This document shows positions 38,362 through 46,640 of a stretch of DNA of 64,000 nt, in pieces. The notes beneath the pieces are model-generated. The model saw only the letters and a program-made list of their open reading frames with translations. It was not told the DNA's origin and ran no database searches. Every line of letters begins with the position of its first letter. Position 1 is the stretch's first letter. This DNA comes from an uncultured Aminicenantes bacterium (GTDB taxonomy: Bacteria; Acidobacteriota; Aminicenantia; UBA2199), in the NCBI GenBank assembly GCA_965195285.1, contig CBDAFS010000021.1:1-64000 (forward strand), written 5' to 3'. The position numbers and the translations under genes are program-made.

Positions 38362-40126
38362 ATTTGACCTCTTTGATGGCGTTGCTGTAATTTTTACATA
38401 TTTTAATTTCCTTGACCGCATTGGAAATCTTGAATTCATCCTCGATCTTGTTCTGGGGATTTAAAACAGTTATTCCACCTTTCTCCCTTTTCAACTTCCG
38501 GGAGAGCTGGATCAGCATGGACAGGGCATCCGATGATATGTTTTCCAGTTTCTTCAATTCCAGGATGAACTTTTTTCTTTTCTTCTGGCCGAAATACTTG
38601 ACCAGGTTTTCAAATTCAACAATATCACTGGCTTCAAAAGATCCGGACAGTGCAATGATAACAATATGATCCCTGTACAAACTTTTATAATCGGCCACCA
38701 TGCCCAGGCCTTTTTCTGATTCCGGGTTCAGAAAAACCGACATTTTACCCAACTGGCTCTGGTATTCTTTATCTCCCCGGGGGGGGGTCCAGGCAGCCCT
38801 GACAAACACTTTTTTCATGTAATCCATGGTTCCCAGCAATTTCCAATAGCAATTCAGCTGATGGTAAAAAAAGGGTTCGACAAGGGAAGTGGAGATCAAC
38901 CTCAATTTGTCAGCCGTACCATAATAGGAACTGAAGAAGAAATCCACCAGCAAAAAGAAGATGTTGATCAACGCATTATAGATCATGGAAATCAACAGAA
39001 AAAAGACATAATTCAGATGGATCAGGTTCAGGATGGTCAGGATGGGAATGGCCAGAATGATCAGCAGCTGGATAATGGGTGAAATGACTTCAAACAGAAT
39101 GTAGTATGGCAGGGAAAAAAAAGTGATAGGAGCAAAGGGATAGCGGAAAAACTTGAAAAAGTGGGTTCTCAGGGTGCTGACCAGGCCAACCTGCCAGCGT
39201 TTTCGCTGGGATTTGAGCTCCCTGAAACTCTCCGGAGCATTGGTAAAAGAATCGGCCAGGTACACCTGGGCAATGCGGTATTTCTTCTTTGTTTTGAGCA
39301 TGTAAAAATGAATCCGGGTCAGAAGCTCCAGGTCTTCGCCCTTGCTAAATTTTTCATACCCGCCAATCTCTTTGAGAATCCCGGTCTTGAAAACCCCGAA
39401 AGCACCCGAAATGATCAGGTTGGCATTCAGGAGTGACAGGGAATTACGGGCCACATTAATAGATCGGATATATTCAATGACCTGCAGCGTGGAGATCAGT
39501 TTATAGGGAGACTGCAGTCGGTTGGGAAAACAGTTGAGATCCTCCGAATCATTTTTTATCCGGACACTGCCCCCGGCTGCCACCACCCTCCGGTCGGTTA
39601 AAAAGGGCATCACAATTTTTTTCAGGCCATCCGTCTTGATCAGGGTATCGGCATCCACACAGCAGACCAATTCGGAATCACTCAAATTGATTCCGGCATT
39701 GAGGGTATCGGCTTTTCCACCGTTAACCTTGTCCACCACCATAAATCTGGCATCAGCGCCCCGGTAAATACGTTTCACGGTCTGGGTGGGAATCCGTGCC
39801 TGATATTGAAGGGGAATTTCAGATACAGACAGTTTTTCTCTCAAAATATCCAGGGTCCGGTCCTTGCTGCCGTCATTGATGATGATTACCTTCAGATCGG
39901 GGTAGTCGATCTCCTGCAGAAAACGAATCCCCTTCTGAATGGTCTTTTCTTCATTGTAACAGGGAATGAGAATATTGAGTGTTGGAAAACGGGCCGATTC
40001 GGTCTGGCCGAGTTTGAATTTTTTCCTCTGATTTCTGATGGAAATTATGCCCAGCAGGGAGAATATCAGGTCCACACTATAAGCAACAACAGTATAAACC
40101 AATCCAAATATAACCAGTATTTCCAC
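38354..40126 (-). CDS. Processive GT2 glycosyltransferase (PgaC/IcaA-like) fused to a C-terminal STAS domain
   Basis: IPCYNEE, NDGSKD, NGGKADTLNAG, VDAD, ISGAFG, GEDLEL, QRKRW and TM helices; the last ~100 aa IIALSGSF...ILELKKLENISSDALSML...LNPQ match the STAS pattern. Confidence 0.88.
   Translation of the reverse strand: MEILVIFGLVYTVVAYSVDLIFSLLGIISIRNQRKKFKLGQTESARFPTLNILIPCYNEEKTIQKGIRFLQEIDYPDLKVIIINDGSKDRTLDILREKLSVSEIPLQYQARIPTQTVKRIYRGADARFMVVDKVNGGKADTLNAGINLSDSELVCCVDADTLIKTDGLKKIVMPFLTDRRVVAAGGSVRIKNDSEDLNCFPNRLQSPYKLISTLQVIEYIRSINVARNSLSLLNANLIISGAFGVFKTGILKEIGGYEKFSKGEDLELLTRIHFYMLKTKKKYRIAQVYLADSFTNAPESFRELKSQRKRWQVGLVSTLRTHFFKFFRYPFAPITFFSLPYYILFEVISPIIQLLIILAIPILTILNLIHLNYVFFLLISMIYNALINIFFLLVDFFFSSYYGTADKLRLISTSLVEPFFYHQLNCYWKLLGTMDYMKKVFVRAAWTPPRGDKEYQSQLGKMSVFLNPESEKGLGMVADYKSLYRDHIVIIALSGSFEASDIVEFENLVKYFGQKKRKKFILELKKLENISSDALSMLIQLSRKLKREKGGITVLNPQNKIEDEFKISNAVKEIKICKNYSNAIKEVKYG
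38779..38787. repeat. G9 homopolymer (C9 on the coding strand) at the GT2/STAS junction
   Basis: Plus strand reads atctcccc-ggggggggg-tcc; encodes W-T-P-P-R. Confidence 0.9.
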
Positions 40127-40130
40127 AATA

Positions 40131-41168
40131 CTACTGTTTCCTTAATATCATTCTTCTCTTAAACTGGGTAACCTGGTAATTCAGACGCCAGCTTCCCACC
40201 TTGACGGCTTTCCCGGTCTGATCGACCGGAGCTTTGAGTGTAAGTTCCGATATCATTTTCTTGAGGTTTTTCAATACCTTTTTTCTCCTTGAATCCGGAT
40301 CCACTCTCAACCCAGCGTCATTATGTCCGGACAAAAAAACCTTACCAGACTCATCGATAAACAAATTCAGGTTTAAATAACCTGAAACCTTGGTTTTACG
40401 GGGCAGATCCACTCTAAGAGTCTTCACCTGCTGGTTATACTCCCTGATCAGGGTATCGGGGATTTCCCGAATGGTAATGGTATGACGGTAAGGCATCGGT
40501 TCCCGTGGTTTGGCTTTATCAACCACTGGCTCTTTAGGTTTGACTTTCTGGTTTTCAAGTTCAGCCTCCAGGGTCTTGATTTCACCTCGGTCCTCCCCGG
40601 AATGGGTCTTGGCCCTGGATTCTGCTTCCTGATCATAAAGATTTTTTTCACGATCTTCTTGTTGATTAACCGCTATCTCATCAGTCTGGTCATACGGATG
40701 ATCAATAGCTGTCAAAGGGATTTCGGCATTCGGATCAGCTTCCGGTCGAGACATTTGCCGATTAATAAAAAAAATGACCACAAACAGAACCACTACCACC
40801 AGAACCATGGGCATCAGCAGTTTGGGTAAAAGCCTGGATTCCGTTTTTTTTTGTGGCAATTCTCGGACGTTTTTTTTTGATTTTTTAAATTGGGAAGGTC
40901 CGGACTCCGTTGAAACTAATTTTCTATTAATGGTGGGTACTGATTTCTTGATGTCGACTTCGACATCAATTCCCTTTTTGGAAGCTTCTCTCCGGGACAT
41001 GGATTTTTCCAGAGCGACTTCCTGAATACCCGATTCTTTTGAGAAAATGTAGGCTTGATATTTATAATGCAAACGTCCCTTAAATAAGCCTTGCTTTTCC
41101 AATGATTTAAACAACTGTCTGATAATCTTCAATCTGAATCTGGCTACGTCTTTATCTTTTATTAGCAA
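40131..41168 (-). CDS. Bitopic membrane protein with a TonB-C-like C-terminal domain
   Basis: Cytoplasmic N-terminus, TM LLMPMVLVVVVLFVVIFFI, charged linker, C-terminal GYLNLNLFIDESGKV; paralogue of 46641-48080. Confidence 0.6.
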   Translation of the reverse strand: MLIKDKDVARFRLKIIRQLFKSLEKQGLFKGRLHYKYQAYIFSKESGIQEVALEKSMSRREASKKGIDVEVDIKKSVPTINRKLVSTESGPSQFKKSKKNVRELPQKKTESRLLPKLLMPMVLVVVVLFVVIFFINRQMSRPEADPNAEIPLTAIDHPYDQTDEIAVNQQEDREKNLYDQEAESRAKTHSGEDRGEIKTLEAELENQKVKPKEPVVDKAKPREPMPYRHTITIREIPDTLIREYNQQVKTLRVDLPRKTKVSGYLNLNLFIDESGKVFLSGHNDAGLRVDPDSRRKKVLKNLKKMISELTLKAPVDQTGKAVKVGSWRLNYQVTQFKRRMILRKQ

Positions 41169-41760
41169 ATTTAAAGCCGGTTAAGAAATCCGAACACAGA
41201 TCCGCCACGGCTTTGCGAATGGAACCTTCCAGCTCACCCACCGAACTGGCTGAGCCCATGGCATACTGGGTCCAGGTGGATACCGGGTACTTGCTCTTAT
41301 AAGCCAAGTTGCGTATCATGCGTACCAACTGGCGCAGGGAGACATCAATATAATAAAAATATATCTCGGAATAGGTCACCCCGCCGGGCATGACTTCCTT
41401 TTTCTGAATGATATTGACATTGATCTCAAAAACCACCCAATCCTTATCTTCAGGACCCTTTTTGGTTTCGACAATACCCAGGCCCCATTTGCTCAAACCG
41501 GATTTGACCATGGCTTCCAGATCCCGGGCCATCTGCTGGCTCTGTTCCGGGGCATAAACAGATGCAAAAAGCTCCCGGATATTGATCTTTACCTCGGTCC
41601 ACTTTAATCCCTTCAGGGTTTCCGAGCCAATGACACAGGCTTCTGGCAGCACATCGAATACCGGCTTGATTTCATCGGTTTCATGGCTTTCTGCTACCTG
41701 GGGTAACAAAAAAAAAGATAAACATAAAACAGAAAGAAAAATGCAGCAAAACGTCTTCAT
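41152..41760 (-). CDS. Hypothetical secreted protein
   Basis: GGAGG RBS, signal peptide, alpha/beta pattern ending VADLCSDFL. Confidence 0.7.
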   Translation of the reverse strand: MKTFCCIFLSVLCLSFFLLPQVAESHETDEIKPVFDVLPEACVIGSETLKGLKWTEVKINIRELFASVYAPEQSQQMARDLEAMVKSGLSKWGLGIVETKKGPEDKDWVVFEINVNIIQKKEVMPGGVTYSEIYFYYIDVSLRQLVRMIRNLAYKSKYPVSTWTQYAMGSASSVGELEGSIRKAVADLCSDFLTGFKFANKR

Positions 41761-41822
41761 CTAAACCTCCTCACGGCGAGCATAACCCTCCTCTTCTTCC
41801 GCAATAACCATTGTGAAACTTA

Positions 41823-41851
41823 ATCTTAAAAAAAACCCTCCCCATTGTCAA
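41823..41851 (-). promoter_or_regulatory. Sigma70-type promoter of the GT2-STAS operon
   Basis: TTGACA-17 nt-TAAGAT on the minus strand. Confidence 0.65.
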
Positions 41852-41940
41852 TAAAAAACTTCAGCTCTAGCTGATTGCAGAATTCTAAATACCCTTCAGA
41901 CATATCACATTTCCATGGATTTCGCTGAAAATAAATCGTT

Positions 41941-42657
41941 TTATTTCTTCCTGGGATAAACAACCAATTTTCTTTCTGCCAATAGATGATCGTTGAGGAA
42001 TACGGCATAGCGGTATTTTCCGGGTTTGAGGTTTTCCACTCGGTCAATGAATATGATGTATTCAAAATACTTGTCCGCTTCTCCGAAGCTGAAGTCCAGT
42101 TTCCTGGCCTGCACAAAATATTGATGGCTAATGTGCAGGGCATTGAATAGCTGAGGTGATAAATAAGACCGGGATAGCAGTATAAATAAATCCCTTCCCA
42201 TAACCGGAACCAGCATTCCACCGGTTTTCCAGTCGTATCGACCGGTGTCAGCCTTAGCTCCTGTGCCGGTGAATAAAATGGGAAAAGGCAACGTGGTATT
42301 CAAACCAACCAGCATCATTTTAAGCCAGTCCCGAATTTCATTCATTCCCTCATAAAAATGTCGCATGCGAGACTGGTAAAACCGGAGCACTACTTTCCCC
42401 TGGTTTTCTATATTATTGATTTTCAGGAAAATATAGAAATCAGGCCTTATCATATTGTTTTTAAAAACCTTCTTTCTGGTTTTCCCATGGGCATGGGAAA
42501 CCTGCTCTAAAAATTCCAATTCAGCCAGGTAGGGAGCTTCGATCTGGGGCAGGTACTTGACCTTCATGTTGCATCCGACCGTCAGCAAGCAGGAGATCAG
42601 TATTACAGGGTAAAGAACTTGATGAAAAACTTTTTTAAAGCCAGTGAATATCCGCAT
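41941..42657 (-). CDS. Hypothetical lipoprotein
   Basis: Lipobox LTVGC; C-terminal Ig-like PGKYRYAVFLND. Confidence 0.65.
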   Translation of the reverse strand: MRIFTGFKKVFHQVLYPVILISCLLTVGCNMKVKYLPQIEAPYLAELEFLEQVSHAHGKTRKKVFKNNMIRPDFYIFLKINNIENQGKVVLRFYQSRMRHFYEGMNEIRDWLKMMLVGLNTTLPFPILFTGTGAKADTGRYDWKTGGMLVPVMGRDLFILLSRSYLSPQLFNALHISHQYFVQARKLDFSFGEADKYFEYIIFIDRVENLKPGKYRYAVFLNDHLLAERKLVVYPRKK

Positions 42658-44438
42658 TGTAATTTAAATATATTGCTGAATTTTTTTTCTATAAATACCT
42701 CAATGGTCTGGAATTTATCCTCGGTTACATAATATAGCAGAAAACTGGAGAATTTAATATTCCAAGGGAAAATTATCTCACCGTTGAAGGTGATGTTTTC
42801 CAGAGTAAAGTCATCATTAAAAAACATTCTCAACCTGAAATCGTATTTTTTACTGACCTTCATCGCAATATCAAATTTCAGGTTCTTTACATTGTACCCC
42901 TCCACCCAGAATCCTTCAGACCGGTAGCGGGAAACCAGTGAGTAATCCAGGGAAAAGACCAATTTCCACCATTCCTTTTTCAGGGATAACAGATAATTAA
43001 ATTCGGTTTGGTTCAGATCCAGGTTATCCCAGACATGATTGACGTTCAGGACGGGAATGATTTTGAATCCCAGTGGGAAAATCAATCCGGAAGCCTTCAA
43101 TACAGTATTGATCCCCGGAAAAATATGTGAAGTCGTTGTTTCTTCTCCGGGCAGGGTGGAAAACATATAATAGGGGGAGATATCAATGCTCACATTTTTA
43201 TCCAGAAAGAACAGAGTCTTTAATTTCAGATTGGTGCTGAAATTTCGAGTCTGGGTGGCCGCCAGCAGATTTTCGGATATATTGTAAACCGATGACAGGG
43301 ATAGAAGGGAACTGGAAAAATCCATGGATACCGAATAATCCTGGGTATCTGATTCCACCTCATCCCGGATTACCTTTCTCAGGTAGTTGAAATTAAAATT
43401 AAGTTTTTTTTTTACTTTCAAGGGAGTTGAAAATCCGTATGAATAGCTGTTTTTTAAATTGTGGGTAAAACTGACCCGGGGGCTGATGAACCGGTATGCG
43501 GTCCACATGAACCAGGTGCTAAAATCAAATACAGTGGGAATATTTTCACGTCCGGAAATATTCTGGGAAATGGCATAACTGAAATGCTTCAACTTCTTTT
43601 TGTGAGCGAGGGTGAAATTAAAACTCTCATCACCGGTATTGTACAGGGCAGACAGGTTGATGAATTTCTTTTTCTGGATCAGCCAATCCACCTGGCCGGT
43701 CAGCATGATCCCTCGCTTGATTTCGGCACCCTTGTCAAACAATTCCCGCTCGTACAGTTTGAAATTGAGATCACCGTTGAGAAATTCTTCTCTTATCCGG
43801 TACAGGAAAGTAAGGGACATACCGTCCAGGGAGGACAGCCCTATATTTTTGAAATAAAAACGGGTTTTTTCCGGAATCTTGCCCCGGGTAATGGAAAAAC
43901 TCTTGAAGGGAACGGAGGGCATGCCAAAAAAGTAGGGAAAAACCATTTTGGCCCTGATTTTTTTGTTTTTATTGATTTTAAATTCGGAAAATTCCCAGTA
44001 CAGGTCGGATTTTTTCAGCTGAAGGGGACCCTTCTTCTCTATATGGTCAACCAGGCCCATATCTCCCCAGCTGCTGATCTGCTTCCCAAAGGCTTCTGCC
44101 CTGAAGGAGAAAGGAAAACCTTTGAATACCAGTACATCGGCTTTTTGGACCCTGCCCTGCCCTGAAATAGTGATACCACCGTATATCACACCGATAAAAC
44201 TGTTCAGGTCCAGATAGAGAGATTGCCCGGTAATTTGAAAGCCAGCGGCTTTCAACCGGATATTGCCCCCCCCGTACAGATAATGGAAATCATCACTGTA
44301 GATGAAGTAATCACCCTGGAAATCGAGGGTCTTGTCTGCCCATAAACCCACATGGATATGGCTGACAATCAGGCTAAGGCAGAGAAACTTTATAAATTTG
44401 TCCATTAAGAGTAAACAGATACAGGTAATAGGAACCAT
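42603..44438 (-). CDS. Putative outer-membrane beta-barrel with an LptD/OstA-like N-terminal domain
   Basis: Signal peptide (start likely MDKFIK at 44405); FQGDYF.Y...YGGGNI.L....ITGQSL.LD jellyroll pattern; about 450 aa of amphipathic beta strands ending in aromatic residues. Confidence 0.55.
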   Translation of the reverse strand: MVPITCICLLLMDKFIKFLCLSLIVSHIHVGLWADKTLDFQGDYFIYSDDFHYLYGGGNIRLKAAGFQITGQSLYLDLNSFIGVIYGGITISGQGRVQKADVLVFKGFPFSFRAEAFGKQISSWGDMGLVDHIEKKGPLQLKKSDLYWEFSEFKINKNKKIRAKMVFPYFFGMPSVPFKSFSITRGKIPEKTRFYFKNIGLSSLDGMSLTFLYRIREEFLNGDLNFKLYERELFDKGAEIKRGIMLTGQVDWLIQKKKFINLSALYNTGDESFNFTLAHKKKLKHFSYAISQNISGRENIPTVFDFSTWFMWTAYRFISPRVSFTHNLKNSYSYGFSTPLKVKKKLNFNFNYLRKVIRDEVESDTQDYSVSMDFSSSLLSLSSVYNISENLLAATQTRNFSTNLKLKTLFFLDKNVSIDISPYYMFSTLPGEETTTSHIFPGINTVLKASGLIFPLGFKIIPVLNVNHVWDNLDLNQTEFNYLLSLKKEWWKLVFSLDYSLVSRYRSEGFWVEGYNVKNLKFDIAMKVSKKYDFRLRMFFNDDFTLENITFNGEIIFPWNIKFSSFLLYYVTEDKFQTIEVFIEKKFSNIFKLQCGYSLALKKFFIKFFTL

Positions 44439-45081
44439 CTACGGTAATCGCGTTAGTTCCGGTTGCAGGAGACAGATACACATTGAGCATATCCCCATCC
44501 AGTGAATAGTGGTATATGGAGTTGGCATTCAGATCGGTAAACAAAACACTTCCCTGGTAATATTCGATGCCGCCTATATTAACTCCGGAAAGTTGAAATA
44601 GTGGAGTCGAACTTCCGGTTACCGGGTCATATTCATAAAAACCGAAGGAACGGAGATCATATAACAGTAAATTATCTTCCATTGGGGATAAAAATTCCGG
44701 ATAAAGATTCCCGGTTGATATTTGATCGATTAAATCACCGGAAAGCGGATCATAAGAGGAAATGATATTGCTTCCGCCGCAGATATACAATTTATTCTGA
44801 AGGGTGGCCAGGCCGGTGCCAGGAACAGTGGATACGGTCCTGATGACCACACCGGATTCAATATCGAAGGCAGACAGAATACCGAAATTATTGATTTTCC
44901 AGAATTTTTCCCCGTCATAGGCAATATCTCCTTCTCCGGAAAGACTTGTGGTCACAATTTTAACAATCTGCAGGGTCTCAATTGAAGCGTCCGGGTCCAG
45001 GGGATTGTTAAAGAGGACATCTTTACAGGATTCAAAAAGAATAATAAAACCCAACATAAAGACTATTGTTTTTAACTTCAC
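44374..45081 (-). CDS. Lipoprotein with beta-propeller (YncE/glutaminyl cyclase-like fold)
   Basis: Lipobox LFESC, NNPLDP, repeated blades GDIAYDG, GLA, YDPLSG, YDPVTG, YSLDG. Confidence 0.65.
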   Translation of the reverse strand: MKLKTIVFMLGFIILFESCKDVLFNNPLDPDASIETLQIVKIVTTSLSGEGDIAYDGEKFWKINNFGILSAFDIESGVVIRTVSTVPGTGLATLQNKLYICGGSNIISSYDPLSGDLIDQISTGNLYPEFLSPMEDNLLLYDLRSFGFYEYDPVTGSSTPLFQLSGVNIGGIEYYQGSVLFTDLNANSIYHYSLDGDMLNVYLSPATGTNAITVDGSYYLYLFTLNGQIYKVSLP

Positions 45082-45475
45082 CTTTTACTCCGGCCTTTTT
45101 ATTTTTGAAGAATTTCAGGTCCAGCAAATGCAGAACCCACACCGAAACCATGCTTATGATAAAATAATTGCGGTTCCGGTAACTTTTTTCCGCTTTGGTC
45201 CTCAATTCGATCACCTCTTCCACATCGGTTGAGATCAGGTATTGGTCATAGTAATCATTGCCCTTCTGGTTATTCCAGATCACACCGACCATGGTGGTCA
45301 GGCATGCACCCAGGATTAGACTACCCTTGAGTACTTTGCCGGAAATCAACTGAGGCAATCCGGGTATGAATTCGACCACCGGTACACCCTTGGATAATTG
45401 TGTTTCACCCTCACCGGCCAGCCAACCGCCACCCAGTAGAAAAATCATAACAATAGAAATACATTTGGCCGGCAT
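45032..45475 (-). CDS. DUF5683-like membrane protein
   Basis: FIPGLPQL..GK..KG, YYDQY, VWVLHLLD and C-terminal LYVGFYYSF. Confidence 0.6.
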   Translation of the reverse strand: MPAKCISIVMIFLLGGGWLAGEGETQLSKGVPVVEFIPGLPQLISGKVLKGSLILGACLTTMVGVIWNNQKGNDYYDQYLISTDVEEVIELRTKAEKSYRNRNYFIISMVSVWVLHLLDLKFFKNKKAGVKGEVKNNSLYVGFYYSF

Positions 45476-45593
45476 AAGTTAATCAACCCGATACCCCGGA
45501 AATGGCTGCCGGAAATATCCATACCTATTCGCTGTTGATGGGGCAGCCCCATTCAGGGAAAGCCTATTGATGGCTATCCAACAAAAGTCTTTT

Positions 45594-46571
45594 TTATTTA
45601 GGGGAAGCACAGTCCGGAGACAGTGTTGCAGCGGATACTCCGATTCCGGATTTGACCCCCGTCCTTGAAGCAGACCAGTATCCCGGGCTTCCATTGTAAT
45701 CAATCATGGTACCGCTCATATAGGTGTCGCTCTGAATGGTACCGGTATAGGTGGTACCGCTCTGAAACACAAAACGGACTTGATTTCCGTTAACCGTCCA
45801 TGATCCACTAAATCCCTCGACCATAAAAGTTCCACTGTTTTGACTGCCACCGCTAAAGGTAATGGTTGCGGTTCCGGGTGTGTCCACCTGCTTCGAATAC
45901 CAGTTGAAATTAAGCGACCAACTTCCCCGGATATCATAACCATCATCCTCTGATTTCTTAATGAATAGAAAATAGGCGGCAACTGCAGCCAAGGCCAATC
46001 CTCCCAGCACCAGCAGGATGGGAAACTTTTTTTTCTTTTTCTTTTTTACCTTGGGAATGACTTTTTTCTCCACTTCTTCACGGGGTTTTTCCGCTTCGGT
46101 TTTTATGGCCGTTGGGACTTCTTCCGGTTCTGGCTTGACTTCGGTCGGTATCTCGACATCGGTTTGAACCGGGGCTTCCTTACTGATTCCCAGATTGGCC
46201 CTGGCCTGGTCCACCCGCTCTCTGAATTCCAGGTCCGTATCTTCCTTGTCAAATGTCGGGTAGGTTTCAAATACCTTTTTCAGGTTTTTTTTCACCTTGT
46301 CATCCTCGCCAACGGTAAAATAAACCTTGGCCAAAAGGTAAAAGGCTTCGGCAACTTTCTTCTTCTGAGCAACAATGGATTTAAGCTTATTGATACACTC
46401 GATTAACATGGTTATCGCATCATCATAGTACCCCTGCTGATAGAGCTTGCGCGCTTTTAACAGTGTGTCTTCTTCCTGAGCATAACCAAAGCTGGTAGAC
46501 AAACTGAACCAGCCAAACAATACAATGGTCAAAATTCCGATTTTCCTTATCATTTCTCGGGATAACATCAA
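45594..46571 (-). CDS. Signal peptide + TPR + Pro/Glu linker + polyLys-TM + small beta domain protein
   Basis: ARKLYQQGYYDDAI and EAFYLLAKVYF TPRs; KKKKKKKFPILLVLGGLALAAVAAYFLF; C-terminal YDIRGSW. Confidence 0.75.
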   Translation of the reverse strand: MMLSREMIRKIGILTIVLFGWFSLSTSFGYAQEEDTLLKARKLYQQGYYDDAITMLIECINKLKSIVAQKKKVAEAFYLLAKVYFTVGEDDKVKKNLKKVFETYPTFDKEDTDLEFRERVDQARANLGISKEAPVQTDVEIPTEVKPEPEEVPTAIKTEAEKPREEVEKKVIPKVKKKKKKKFPILLVLGGLALAAVAAYFLFIKKSEDDGYDIRGSWSLNFNWYSKQVDTPGTATITFSGGSQNSGTFMVEGFSGSWTVNGNQVRFVFQSGTTYTGTIQSDTYMSGTMIDYNGSPGYWSASRTGVKSGIGVSAATLSPDCASPK

Positions 46572-46640
46572 AAACCTCCTCTATCTTTCTTTATTTTTTT
46601 TTAAATTATTTCCTTTTTTTCTAATATTAACAGAAATCGG

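Noticed and set aside
43461-44165. 234-aa plus-strand ORF and the many other short overlapping ORFs in the track
   Set aside because: Antisense or out-of-frame to better-supported genes, with no recognisable family motifs.
45538-45552. Palindrome atggggcagccccat in the 45476-45593 gap as a riboswitch, REP or terminator
   Set aside because: Single short hairpin, no U-tract, no second copy noticed and no riboswitch consensus I recognise.
46027-46047. A-rich tract as a phase-variable site
   Set aside because: Mixed AAA/AAG Lys codons; A runs of this length are common throughout this AT-rich window.
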